From assembly GCA_963803435.1 (NCBI GenBank), contig CAWDML010000008.1, positions 718,833-782,832 on the forward strand: a DNA stretch of 64,000 nt, read 5' to 3'. Source of the stretch: an uncultured delta proteobacterium (GTDB lineage: Bacteria > Myxococcota > Kuafuiibacteriia > Kuafuiibacteriales > Kuafuiibacteriaceae). Each line of letters begins with the position of its first letter. Positions within the stretch are counted from its first letter, which is position 1. The translations under genes were made by a program, and so were the position numbers. The notes beneath the pieces are model-generated. The model was not told where the DNA came from, made no database searches, and saw nothing but the letters and a program-made list of their open reading frames with translations. Positions 30,074 to 43,100 of the stretch are shown here, one piece after another.

Positions 30074-30820
30074 GTGAATGCGCACCTCTTCGCCGCGTTC
30101 CTGCTGAGCGGTGCGATCGGCGCAGCGCTCGGGGCCCTCGGTGGAGGCGGCTCCATCCTCGCCGTGCCGGTGCTCGTCTACGTCGCGGGGCTGAGCGCGA
30201 GCGAAGCCGTCACGCTGTCCCTGGCGATCGTGGGAACGACGAGCTTGCTAGCGGGCTGGGCGCAGCATCAAAGCGGCAAGGCCAGGCTCGGCGTCGCGCT
30301 CCCCTTCGCCGGATCGAGCGTCGTCGGCGCCCTGGCCGGGGCTCGACTCACACAGCTGGTCTCCGAGCGCGCGCTGATGCTGGCCTTCGCTGCGATGACG
30401 ATCGTGGTCGGGAGCTGGATGCTGCGAACCAAAGGCAGCACGACGACCGGGCCGGCGACGCGCAGGCCCGCGGCGGCGATGGTCGTGGGTGCCGCCGTCG
30501 GTGTGCTCACCGGCTTTCTCGGCGTCGGGGGCGGCTTCTTGGTGGTGCCGGCGCTGATGGCGTTCGTGGGCCTCCAGATGGACGAAGCGATCGGCACCTC
30601 TCTGCTCGTCATCGCGATCAACAGCGCCGCCGGTTTGATCGGCCACCTCGGCACGACCCCGCTCGACCTCGGCATCGCCATCCCTTTCGTCGCCATCTCC
30701 ACCGCGGGCGCCCTGGCCGGTGCGCGGATCGCGCGCCGGGTCTCCCTCGCGGGGCTCCGCCGCACGTTCGCCGTGTTCGTCATCGCCGTCGGCGCGGTGG
30801 TGAGCGCCGCGGCGTTCTGA
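30074..30820 (+). CDS. Sulfite exporter TauE/SafE family protein
   Basis: GALGGGGSILAVP and GFLGVGGGFLVVPAL repeats; about 8 TM. Confidence 0.92.
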   Translation: MNAHLFAAFLLSGAIGAALGALGGGGSILAVPVLVYVAGLSASEAVTLSLAIVGTTSLLAGWAQHQSGKARLGVALPFAGSSVVGALAGARLTQLVSERALMLAFAAMTIVVGSWMLRTKGSTTTGPATRRPAAAMVVGAAVGVLTGFLGVGGGFLVVPALMAFVGLQMDEAIGTSLLVIAINSAAGLIGHLGTTPLDLGIAIPFVAISTAGALAGARIARRVSLAGLRRTFAVFVIAVGAVVSAAAF

Positions 30821-31030
30821 GGGTGGATCGGGTCACGCCGGATCCCGCGGCTCCACGACGTCGTTGAACAGGTGCAGATCGTCGACGAGACGTGTCCGAC
30901 TTCCCGAGCGCGGAGCCCGGCGGGCTGAGCGCCGGTGGGCGGGTCGGTAGCGGGTCAGGGTAGCACGCGCTGCCGGCTCAGTTTTCCGTGGAATCAGGCA
31001 GGCGGGACGGCCGAACGGGAGCGCGGGCGG

Positions 31031-32206
31031 ATGGCATCACCATTGCGACCGTCCGCGCCCGTGCGCGCGAAATCGCTCCCCTTGCTCCTCCTCGCAGGTT
31101 GGCTCGGCTGCACCGGCGCCGCGCCGGTCCTCCCCGACGGCGGCGGTACGGACGCCGGCACGCTCGCCGACGGCGGGCCCGACGACGGCGGTGGCGGTGG
31201 CGACGGCGGCAATGCCGGGCCGGATTTGCTCGATCCCTGTCCGCCGGGCGCGACCCGGCGGCCGTACTCGCTGTCCCCGATCGATCCGCTGCCCCCGCTG
31301 GGCGCGCTCCAGCTCCCAAACCTGATTCCCGGCACCATCCTGATCTCGGCCGGCGTCGGGGGAGAGCACAGCGTACGGCTCGACCTGTGCGAGGTGAACG
31401 GCGAGCTGGCGCTCCACGGCGTGCTTTTCCGGGGCAACTCACTCGAGGCGGTCGAATGGTATCGGCTGGACGAGCTCGTCTCCGCGCCCCAGGAGCAGGT
31501 GATCGAGATCGACCAGGGCTTCGTCCGGGAGCACCGGCTCCCCCCGAGCGCGTTCTCGGTGGAGGGCCTGGCCGACGCACTGCAAGGTAACTTGCAAGCG
31601 CTGCGCGTCCGCTTCATCACCGAGTCCGGCCTGGTGATCCTCGGTCACGACGGCTTCCTCGCCGTCGCCCGCGGGCGGGTGGGGCCGAACACCATCGAGT
31701 ACACCAACCTCGCCGTGGTCGTCGGTGGCCTCGCGGAAGGCGACGTCTTCGCCGGGCTCCCCTGCGGCTTCGAGGAGACCCTGCTCACCACCTCGTTCAC
31801 CATGGCGACCGCGACCGTCGACGTCACCGCCTGCACCTTCCTCGGCAGCGGCATCACCACCGGCTACCGGATCACCGCGCTCGCGATCCAGGACTCGAGC
31901 CCCGAGCTCTCGACCGCCGAGCAGGCACGCTTCGAGTACTCTTCAGCGCCCGCCGTCGAGAGCGTGATGAACTACGTCTTCAACCATCACAACGCCTGCG
32001 ACTCCTTCGATCTCGTGCTCGACCACGCCGAGTACGCGGCGTCGGCATCTCCGTCGGCCGGATGCGGTGCGACCGTCCCCAACGCACCCGAGCGCAACTT
32101 CAACGAGGACCCGAGCAGCCCGGTCCTGTTCCGGATCCGCTACCACGGCGGTCCGTGGATGGACGGCGAGATTGCCGGCTGCCACCACTACCTCTTCTGT
32201 CCCTGA
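31031..32206 (+). CDS. Secreted/lipoprotein, hypothetical
   Basis: LLLLAGWLGC lipobox, DGG/DAG linker, Cys pairs and HHNAC segment. Confidence 0.7.
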   Translation: MASPLRPSAPVRAKSLPLLLLAGWLGCTGAAPVLPDGGGTDAGTLADGGPDDGGGGGDGGNAGPDLLDPCPPGATRRPYSLSPIDPLPPLGALQLPNLIPGTILISAGVGGEHSVRLDLCEVNGELALHGVLFRGNSLEAVEWYRLDELVSAPQEQVIEIDQGFVREHRLPPSAFSVEGLADALQGNLQALRVRFITESGLVILGHDGFLAVARGRVGPNTIEYTNLAVVVGGLAEGDVFAGLPCGFEETLLTTSFTMATATVDVTACTFLGSGITTGYRITALAIQDSSPELSTAEQARFEYSSAPAVESVMNYVFNHHNACDSFDLVLDHAEYAASASPSAGCGATVPNAPERNFNEDPSSPVLFRIRYHGGPWMDGEIAGCHHYLFCP

Positions 32207-32334
32207 CGCCTCGCCCGGGATGCTCCCGCTCGGCCGTCGTGCTGTCGGTGAGCCTCAGGACGGCCGCGCGTCGAGGTTCGCGCCGGGAGTGCGAAAGCTC
32301 TCCGGGAGACCTTCGAGAATCGAAGACGCAGGCG

Positions 32335-32610
32335 TGAGCGCCGACCTTCCAATGGCGCAGCGGCGAATCGGTGGTGATGCCTCCGCAGAGCAGCGGCGCG
32401 GCAGCCGCCGGGTCGAGGTTTGCCGGTAGCCGCAGGACGAAGCGGTCTTCGTACGACAAGTTCGGGCAGCACTCCTCGTGGTCTGCCTTGCACTCGTCGC
32501 AGGTGCCATCCGCGTCGGCGATGCAACCGACGCCCGCAAGATCGCCCTCTGCTTGAACTTTGTAACCTTGTCGCCGACGCGAGAGACCGTCCCGACGATT
32601 CTCGTGTCCC
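32335..32610 (-). pseudogene. Zn-dependent NAD(P) alcohol dehydrogenase remnant
   Basis: IVGTVSRVGDKVTKFK, VGCIADADGTCDECKADHEECC and AAAPLLCGGITTDSPLRHW across shifting frames. Confidence 0.8.
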
Positions 32611-32728
32611 GGGGTGAACGGGGATGGGTGAGCGGCCTCTCGACCAATCTCGAGCGTGTCGTCGACCTGGTCTCAGCGTTGACGCGATCACGCGGGAAGA
32701 ATTCCGACTCTTCGGTCGCTACAGCGAC

Positions 32729-33376
32729 ATGAAACCTGCCCGCTTTGCCTTCGCGTTCGCGCTGGTCGAATCAGGATGCGTCGGAGCCTCACGGCCCGTT
32801 CGCCAACTCGAGACCAATGATTGGATGGCCGGGGTCGACGTGGCCCTCCCCGGCGTCGCGGTCGTGCCGGACGTCGGCCTGTGGTTTCGCTACGCCCCCT
32901 GGACGTACCTCGACCTCACCTCGGGCGTGACCGCCGCAATTCCGGTGGACGGGGCCGGGTTCAGCGGCCTTGGCGAGGTGCGTGTCCACGTTCCGCTCGG
33001 GCCGCTCCGGCTCGTCCTCGCCGGTGAGGGCGAGCTCGGCCGCGTCAAGCCGAGCAGCCGGCGATGGATCACCGCCTATCGTTTGCTGGGTTCGATCCGG
33101 CTCGTACTCGACACGTTCCGGACACAACCGTTTCTGGGCGGAAAAGGGGGGTTCGTATCCAACCTTCATCTGGCGTCGGGTGATCTCTTCAACTCCCTCG
33201 AGATCGACCCGAATGGCGAGGGCCGATGGTACGGAGGTCTCGTCGGAGGGGTGGAGCACACCACCACCAGCGGCTGGACCTTCGGTGGGGCCCTCGACTT
33301 CGGCTGGTTTCACCACCCGCAAACCGGCGAGCGAGATGGAGCGGCCCTCACGTACAGCTTCTACGTCGGTTGGTGA
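32729..33376 (+). CDS. Hypothetical lipoprotein/outer-membrane beta-barrel-like protein
   Basis: Signal ending SGC; alternating beta strands; C-terminal YSFYVGW. Confidence 0.55.
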   Translation: MKPARFAFAFALVESGCVGASRPVRQLETNDWMAGVDVALPGVAVVPDVGLWFRYAPWTYLDLTSGVTAAIPVDGAGFSGLGEVRVHVPLGPLRLVLAGEGELGRVKPSSRRWITAYRLLGSIRLVLDTFRTQPFLGGKGGFVSNLHLASGDLFNSLEIDPNGEGRWYGGLVGGVEHTTTSGWTFGGALDFGWFHHPQTGERDGAALTYSFYVGW

Positions 33377-33430
33377 GCGCGAGCAGAGAAGATCGGGTGC
33401 ACACGCGGTGTGGCGCAATCGTCGCGCGCC

Positions 33431-34537
33431 TCAGCCCTCGTGACTCTTCACTGTCTCGCCTCCGCCGATGCTGCGCAGCGAGACGGTATTGTCGACGCCC
33501 GGGAACAGCGCCTTGAGGAAGGCGTTGCCCAGCAGGCTGAGGACGGCGGCCGAGACGCTCGGGTTAGCGGCGTCGATCGTCCCTTCGATGGGGATCTTGG
33601 TCGCGATCTGATCCTTCTTGTGATTTTCGAAGAGCTTCGAGACCGCGCTCACGAAGGCCTCCCAGGCCAGCTCGACCACGTTGTCGTGCGCGTCCTCCTC
33701 GCCCCCGAGGATCTCGACGTTCCTGAAGATCGGCTTCACATACCCGGTCACCCGCCGGTTCTTGGCGGCCACCTCGCCGAAGAAGCTGAAGCGCCCGCTC
33801 TTGAAGTCCACCTTGGCGTAGGCCTTCGCGAAGTCGTTCAGCTTCACCAGCGGGAACGAGCGCAGCGAGATGTTCATGTCCACCGCGGGGTGGGGATCGT
33901 CGAACATGTTGGCGCTCCCGGTGATCTTGAGCTCGGACGTGTCCTCCAGCTTGGCCGTGAGCGCGCCCTTGGTCGGGTGTTCGTCGGGCTTGTCGCCCGG
34001 CCGCGTGCGGATGTCGTCGACGATCACGTAGACCTGCTCGAGCACCACGTTCACCGGGGGCTTCTTGCGGATGTCCTTGAAGGTCACCTTGCCGTTGACC
34101 ACCTCCAGGTGGTTCAGCTCCAGCGGCACCATCTGAGCGAGCTGCTCCTTGAAGTTGGGCGGCGGCTCGACCTGCGTGCTCCGCTCCGTCTTGGCCAGGA
34201 CCACGTTGATCACGGGGTCCGTCACCTTCGCGTCCGCCACCAGCTTGCCCTCCAGCAGCGCGCCCCACTGCAAGCCGATGACGATGTCCTTCACCGCGAA
34301 GTACGGGATTCGGTGCTCGGCCTGCCGCTTGAACAGGGCCAGGTTCTGCATCTCGTACTGGGCCTGGATCACCGAGATGTCGACGTCGTCGACATGCCCG
34401 TAGTACTTGGGCATCTCCGAGAGCTTGGTGTTGATCACGTGGTTGAGCACGTAGGGCGCCGCGATCCGCGCGGCAGCGAGGACGACCACCAAACCGAGGA
34501 CCACACCGAGCCCGATGCGCGCTGCCTTTCGCTTCAT
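33431..34537 (-). CDS. DUF748 domain protein (AsmA-like)
   Basis: N-terminal TM, YYGHVDDVDIS, GYVKPIF and LLGNAFLKAL, which are typical of the family. Confidence 0.8.
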   Translation of the reverse strand: MKRKAARIGLGVVLGLVVVLAAARIAAPYVLNHVINTKLSEMPKYYGHVDDVDISVIQAQYEMQNLALFKRQAEHRIPYFAVKDIVIGLQWGALLEGKLVADAKVTDPVINVVLAKTERSTQVEPPPNFKEQLAQMVPLELNHLEVVNGKVTFKDIRKKPPVNVVLEQVYVIVDDIRTRPGDKPDEHPTKGALTAKLEDTSELKITGSANMFDDPHPAVDMNISLRSFPLVKLNDFAKAYAKVDFKSGRFSFFGEVAAKNRRVTGYVKPIFRNVEILGGEEDAHDNVVELAWEAFVSAVSKLFENHKKDQIATKIPIEGTIDAANPSVSAAVLSLLGNAFLKALFPGVDNTVSLRSIGGGETVKSHEG

Positions 34538-35103
34538 CCGATCCGGAGGAGCAAGCGACGTGCCTAGCCGGGTTGTGGCGATCTGCGCCGCGCTCGGACC
34601 ACCTAGGCGGCCGGATAGATCCGCCCCTCGAGAGACGCCTCCTTCAGAGTGAAGGTCGTGCCGGCGGTGTCGCCTGGATCGCATCGCTGGTGTTCACAAA
34701 GGTTCGAACCGTACGCGAGGTCCTGATGGCAGCGGGAGCGGGCGCGCCCCGAGCCCCGGATGCGAGCGCCGCTTCGCCTTGGTGAACGGGCAGAACGCCT
34801 TGCCGAGCATGGAGTAGCTCTACGCTCTCGTGACGCCACACGCCGGTCTCGCGACCGTCACGGTCGCCCTCGATCCGCGAGCGCGCGGCTCCGCGTCAGG
34901 CGTCGTATGATCGGCGCGACTTCGAAGCCAACCGTGGACCGCCGGATCCCCGACTTCGACTCCTGGTGCCCGGCTGCGCGACGGGCCGGCCGGGACGAAG
35001 CCCATGGACGGCACTGGCGTCGGGCAATGAGCCGCCGATCCGCCGCGCCGATGCGCATCGCGTACGTTCCTACGTCGACGTCGACCTGGGCTCCCTCCGG
35101 CCC

Positions 35104-35430
35104 TCATCGTCCGGCTCCCTCCTCCTCATCGCCGAACGCCGGCGACAGGTCGTGCAGACCTGGAGTCGTCAGCCGCTCGAGGTTCTTCATCGCCGCCCGA
35201 TGCCATGGCTCCACGGCCAAGGCTGCACGCAAGAGATCCTGCGCGCGCCGATCCTCACCGCGCCGCTCGAGGAGAAGAGCCAAGAGGTTGTAGGCGTCAC
35301 CCAGGTTTGGATCCAGCGCAAGCGCCTCACGGGCGAGGCGATCCGCATCTGCGCGGTGCCCCTCCCGAAGGGCCGCCCGGGCTGAGCCGACCAGCCTCAG
35401 ATATTCGGGACTGAGCGTCCTGCCCCTCAT
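35104..35430 (-). CDS. Small TPR protein, divergent from kdp
   Basis: ALALDPNLGDAYNLLALL...RAALAVEPWHRAAMKNL; GGAGG RBS. Confidence 0.75.
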   Translation of the reverse strand: MRGRTLSPEYLRLVGSARAALREGHRADADRLAREALALDPNLGDAYNLLALLLERRGEDRRAQDLLRAALAVEPWHRAAMKNLERLTTPGLHDLSPAFGDEEEGAGR

Positions 35431-35513
35431 TCATCCCTCCCTTCTGCAGAGATGATCTCGACGAAGCCGAGCACTACGATCGCGATGGTCGCGGCCCAGA
35501 AGACCGTGACCAC
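35427..35513 (-). CDS. 28-aa single-TM peptide
   Basis: GTG start, MVTVFWAATIAIVVLGFVEIISAEGRDE*; stop overlaps TPR start (ATGA). Confidence 0.45.
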   Translation of the reverse strand: MVTVFWAATIAIVVLGFVEIISAEGRDE

Positions 35514-35547
35514 AGCGCCACGCTAGCGGTCCGCGCGAAAGTGCGGC

Positions 35548-35612
35548 GTCAAGAGTCGCCGATGCGCCATCAAGATCTCGTCAAGGGAGCGCTTTCTTGA
35601 TGCGAGCTTGAT
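35548..35612. promoter_or_regulatory. Phased (A/G)TCAAG / CTTGAT boxes, putative KdpE sites for divergent promoters
   Basis: GTCAAG 35548, ATCAAG 35569, GTCAAG 35580, CTTGAT 35596 and 35607; 11-bp spacing within pairs. Confidence 0.65.
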
Positions 35613-35671
35613 GCCGATCGCCCGAAGCTTTTCACTACGCTGATTGCCCGTCCGCTAGGTTTCGCTGCGAC

Positions 35672-35752
35672 ATGGATCTCGTCTACCTCCTCATCATCGC
35701 CGGCTTCTCTCTTCTCTCTTGGGGATTCCTGAAGCTGGCCGATCGCATCTGA
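35672..35752 (+). CDS. 26-aa hydrophobic peptide upstream of kdpF
   Basis: MDLVYLLIIAGFSLLSWGFLKLADRI*, similar in type to small ORFs that precede kdpF in other bacteria. Confidence 0.65.
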   Translation: MDLVYLLIIAGFSLLSWGFLKLADRI

Positions 35753-35765
35753 TCCGAGGCAACGC

Positions 35766-35858
35766 ATGGGACTTCTGACTTGGATGGGTGGCGGGTTGGC
35801 GGCACTCCTCCTGCTCTATCTCTTCGTCGTGCTCCTCTTCCCGGAGAAGCTCTCGTGA
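35766..35858 (+). CDS. kdpF: K+-transporting ATPase subunit F
   Basis: [30 protein letters not shown]; YL..LL.PEK signature; stop overlaps kdpA start. Confidence 0.88.
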   Translation: MGLLTWMGGGLAALLLLYLFVVLLFPEKLS

Positions 35859-37518
35859 TCGCCCATGCAGCCATCCTGCTGGTCGTGTACTTCGGCGGGA
35901 TCGTCATGCTCGGCATCCCGCTGGGGCGCTACATGGCCAGGGTCTACTGCGGCGAGGCCACGACTGCACAGCGGATCCTCGGCCCCTGCGAGCGCGCGCT
36001 CCATCGGGTCGCGGGCGTCAAGCCCTCGCAAGAGATGACCTGGAAGCAGTACGCGTACGCCGCGCTGGTCTTCAATCTGTTCGGCCTCCTCGCGGCCTAC
36101 CTGATCCAGCGCGTGCAAGGCAGCCTGCCGCTCAACCCGCAAGACCTTCCTTCGGTGGGACCGGAGGTCTCGTTCAACACCGCCGTCAGCTTTGCCTCCA
36201 ACACCAACTGGCAGGCCTACGGTGGCGAGACGACGATGAGCTACCTGACCCAGATGCTCGCGCTGACCGTCCAGAACTTCGTCTCGGCCGCCACCGGGAT
36301 GGCGGTGATGGCGGCCGTGGTCCGTGGCTTTGCTCGAAAAAGCTCGAGCGAGCTCGGAAACTTCTGGGTCGACCTGATCAGGACGACCATCTACGTCTTG
36401 ATCCCTCTCTCCTTCGTGTTCGCGCTGGTCCTGATCTCGCAAGGGGTGGTCCAGACCTTCGGCGGCCCGGTCACGGCGGGAGATCAGACGCTCGCGGTCG
36501 GGCCGGCCGCGTCCCAGATCGCGATCAAGCAGCTCGGCACCAACGGCGGCGGCTTCTTCAACGTCAACTCTGCCCATCCGTTCGAGAACCCGACACCGTT
36601 GTCGAACTTCCTCGAGATGCTCGCGATCCTGCTGATCCCGGGAGCGCTCTGCTTCACGTTCGGGGAGCTGGTGAAGGATCGCAGACAGGGCTGGGCCCTC
36701 TTCCTCGGTATGACCGTCATCCTCCTTCCGCTGATGATCGGGACCATCGCCGCCGAGCAAGTCGGCACTCCGGCGCTCTCGCCCAACATGGAGGGGAAGG
36801 AGGTCCGGTTCGGAATCGTCGAGTCGGCGATGTGGGCCAACGCCACCACGGCCGCGTCGAACGGCTCCGTGAACTCGATGCACGACAGCTACACGCCGCT
36901 CGGGGGGATGGCACCGATCTTCCTCATCGACCTCGGTGAGATCGTGTTCGGTGGCGTCGGCTCCGGGCTCTACGGCATCCTCCTGTACGCGATCGTCGCC
37001 GTCTTCATCGCCGGGCTGATGGTGGGCCGCACTCCGGAGTACCTCGGGAAGAAGATCGAGGCCTACGAGATGAAGATGGCGAGCCTCGGCATCCTGCTCC
37101 CTGCGGCCTCGGTGCTCGTCGGTACTGCGATCGCGTGCGTGACGAGGGAGGGCGTGGCCTCCGTCGCCAACCCCGGCGCCCACGGGTTCAGCGAGATTCT
37201 CTACGCCTTCTCCTCCGGATCGAACAACAACGGCTCTGCCTTCGCGGGCCTCACCGCCAGCGGGCCGTTCTATGCCACCGCGATCGGCATCGCCATGCTG
37301 ATCGGGCGCTACTGGGTGATCATCCCCGCACTCGCCCTCGGCGGAAGCCTCGCCAAGAAGAAGCAGATCCCGGTCTCGGCTGGGACGATGCCGACGCACG
37401 GGCCGATGTTCGTGCTGCTGCTCGTCGGCACCATCCTCCTGGTCGGCGCGCTCACCTTCGTCCCCGCGCTCGCGCTCGGGCCGATCGTCGAGCACTTGCA
37501 GATGATCGGAGCGAACCC

Positions 37519-37522
<4 letters not shown>
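35855..37522 (+). CDS. kdpA: K+-transporting ATPase subunit A
   Basis: [38 protein letters not shown] and NNNGSAF motifs. Confidence 0.97.
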
Positions 37523-39606
<2,084 letters not shown>

Positions 39607-39616
39607 GGACGAAACC

Positions 39617-40186
39617 ATGATCCTGAGACCCGCGCTGACGTTGCTCCTCACCTTCACGCTGCTCTGCGGTGTCGTCTATCCGGCCGTGACGACGCTGCTC
39701 GGACAGACGATCTTCCCCCACCAGGCGAACGGCAGCCTCGTCGAGGTCGACGGCAAGGTGATCGGATCCTCGTTGATCGGGAAGCCCTTCACCGGGGACC
39801 GGTACTTCTGGTCGCGTCCCTCCGCGACCCCCGAGAAGCCGTACAATCCTTCCGCCTCGTCCGGCTCGAACCTGGGCCCGACGAACCCGACCCTCCTCGA
39901 GGCGGCCGGACAGCGCGCGAAGAGCTACGCCGCCGCCCAGGCGCGGGTCCCCGTCGACCTGGTCACCAGCTCGGCGAGCGGCCTCGATCCGCACATCTCA
40001 CCCGAGGGCGCGCTGTTCCAGGTCGAGCGGGTCGCCCGCGCGCGCGGTCTTTCCCCGGAGCAGCTGCGGGCGATGGTGGAGCGACATGTGGAAGGACGGA
40101 CCTTCGGGATCCTCGGTGAGCCCCGCGTCAACGTTCTCCTGCTCAACCTCGAGCTGGACCGCACGTCCACCTCCGCCGATCGATGA
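39617..40186 (+). CDS. kdpC: K+-transporting ATPase subunit C
   Basis: QANGSL, YFWSRPSA, SSGSNLGP, SASGLDPHIS and VNVLLLNL motifs. Confidence 0.97.
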   Translation: MILRPALTLLLTFTLLCGVVYPAVTTLLGQTIFPHQANGSLVEVDGKVIGSSLIGKPFTGDRYFWSRPSATPEKPYNPSASSGSNLGPTNPTLLEAAGQRAKSYAAAQARVPVDLVTSSASGLDPHISPEGALFQVERVARARGLSPEQLRAMVERHVEGRTFGILGEPRVNVLLLNLELDRTSTSADR

Positions 40187-43100
40187 TCAGCCTCGTGGGA
40201 TTCGGACCGTGAATGCGGCCCCGCCGTCGGGGCGGTTGGCGGCCCGGACGATGCCGCCGTGGGCGGTGACGATCGCACGCACGATGGTGAGCCCGAGCCC
40301 GCTGCCCCGGACGGCTGGCTGCGCACCGCCCCGGTAGAAGCGCTCGAAGGCCTTCTCCTCCTCGCCGATGGGGAGCCCTGGCCCGCGATCGCCGATCTCG
40401 ATCTCGACCTCCGTCCTCTTGATCTGCGCGGTGATCTGGATCGGAGTCTTCGGCGGGCTGTACTTCGCCGCGTTGTCGAGGATCTGCGCGAGCGCCTCCT
40501 CGAAGAGCGCGGCGTCGACCTCGACCTCGAGCCCCGCGGGAAGATCGAGCGCCACCTCGTGCCCGCTGAGCGCGGTCTCCTCGGCGAGGAGCGCCGCCTC
40601 GACGATCGCCTCCAGCGGAGCCCGTCGCTTCTCCAGGACCCGCATGCCCGACTCGATCGAGCCGAGCTCGAAGAGATCGGCGACCAGCTCGGTGAGCCGG
40701 TCCGCATCGCGCCGGATCGACTCGGCCGCCGCCCGCTCGGGCGCGCCGAGATCTTCGCGCTCCAGCACCTCCGAGGCGGAGCGCCGGATCGCGGCGAGCG
40801 GCGTCCGAAGATCGGCCGAGAGCGCACCGATGAGGGCGCTCCTGAGCCGTCCCGCCTCCTCCGACACGCGGGCCCCGGTCGCCTGTTCGGAGAGGAGCGC
40901 GCGCTCGAGCGCCAGCGCCGTCTGAGCCACCAGGGTCTCGAGGAGCTGCGACTGGAGCGGCGTGAGCGGCGCACCTCGACGTGCGAGGGCGATGCCGAAC
41001 ACGCCGAGCATCCGCGTCCCGATCATCGGCAGATAGAGCCCTTCGCAGGCCGGCAGCGTGGTGGTCCCGCGGCCCGCGGCCCGGCCATGCTCGAAGACCC
41101 AGCGCGCGACCGCAACCTCACGATCGGAGCTCATCAGCCGCGAGCGGTCGCCTCCTCTCGAGACGAGCTCGCCCCCGGGATCCGGGAGGAGAAGCGCCGC
41201 CTCCGTCTGCAAGCTGTCTTGCGCATGGTGGAGCGCGGTCCTCGCGATCTCCTCCACCTCGGTCTGCATCAGCAGATCCTTGCTCATCGCGTAGAGGGCG
41301 GCGGTCCGGCGCTCCCGCTGCCGTCCGATCTCCGCCTGCTCCCGGATCCGCTGCGTCCGGCTGCTCACGAAGAGCGCAGCGAACGCCAGCAGGGCGAACG
41401 CCAGGTTGTAGCGTACTTCCATCAAAGAGAAGCGCTCGGTCGCTGGTACGAAGACGAGGGCGAGCATCGCGGCTGCGGCCAGCGCGGCTACCAGCGAAGG
41501 AGCTCGCGCGAGCCGGCTGGCAGCGAGCAGCACGCCGAACAGGTGGATCATCAGCTCGTCGGAGAAGTCGAGGCGGGAACGGAGCGCGAACCCGATCGCC
41601 GAGCTCGCGAGGACCAGCGACATCGCGACGAGGTAGTGTCGCAGCCTGGCGTGCGGCCGCTCGGGCCGCCTCGGCTCCGGGATCTCCGGCGAATCCTCGC
41701 CGGTCGTGATGACGACATCGATCGGACCGGACTTCCGGACGAGATCGCGGACGATCGATCTCCGGAGTCGATCCCACCAGCGCTCCTCCGTCGGCTTGCC
41801 GACCACGATCCGGGTGACGTTGCGCTCCCGCGCCACCGCCAGGATCTCGTCGATGATCCGCTCTCCGTGGACCACCAGAGTCTCGGCGCCGAGGCGCTCC
41901 GCCAGCTCGAGGTGCTGGGCGACCATGTTCCGTTCTTCCGCGGGGAGAACCTCCAGCGCGGGGGTCTCGACCGACATCGCGAGCCAGGGCGCCCGCGCCG
42001 TGGTGGCCATCCGGAACGCGGTGCGGATCAGGTTCGCCGACTGAGCGCCGGGGCCGATCGCCACCAGTATCCGCTCGCGCGTGGCCCAAACCTCGCGGAC
42101 GCCGTGGGCGCGCTTCCACTCGGCGGCGTCGGCATCGACGTGCTCGGCGGTGCGGCGCAGCGCGAGCTCGCGCAGCGCGATCAGGTTCCCTTTCTGGAAG
42201 AAGCTCTGGACCGCGCGCGCCGCCTGGCCGGGTAGGTAGACCTTCCCCTGGCGCAACCGCTCCTGGAGGTCCTCCGGCGAAAGATCGACGAGCTCGATCT
42301 CGTCCGCCCGCTCGACGATGGAGTCCGGAACCGTCTCCTTGACCACGACACCGGTGATCTCGGCGACGACGTCGTTCACGCTCTCCATGTGCTGCACGTT
42401 GAGCGTGCTGTAGACGTCGATGCCGGCGTCGAGCAGGTCCTCCACGTCCTGCCACCGCTTCGCATGACGCACGCCCGGTGCATTGGTGTGGGCGAGCTCG
42501 TCAACGAGGAGGAGCTGCGGCCTCCGCGCGAGCGCGGCATCGAGATCGAGCTCCTTGAGCGAGATTCCGCGGTAGAGGACCTCTTGGGCCGGGACATGCT
42601 CGAGCCCCGCGATGAGCGCCTCGGTCTCCTTGCGCCCGTGTGTCTCCACCCACCCGATCACGACGTCGATCCCTTCGCGCTTCCTGGCACGCGCCGCTTC
42701 GAGCATGGCGTAGGTCTTTCCCACGCCGGGCGCCGCCCCGAAGAAGATCTTGAATCGCCCGCGGGTCGGCGCGCTCTCGGCCGCCGCTCGGGCCAGCATC
42801 TCCTCGGGCGTCGGGCGTCGCTCCTCCACCGTTACCTCTCGGGCTCCGGCGGACGAGCCCGATTCCAGCGCCACGGATCGACCGACGAGAGATTCGAGCT
42901 GCGTCGGAAGCACCACCATCGGGATGCCGAGGTACTGGAGGCGACGCTGGATCAGGAACGCCGTCTCGTTGTGGAGAAGCCGGTGCCACAGCGTGTCGTC
43001 CTCGAAGTTGAGCTGGCCGCCGACGACCGTCGCCTTCGGGTACCGTTCGACCAGCGCGCGGATGACCTTCTCGGCTTCCGCGGGGACCTCGGCCCCGGTC

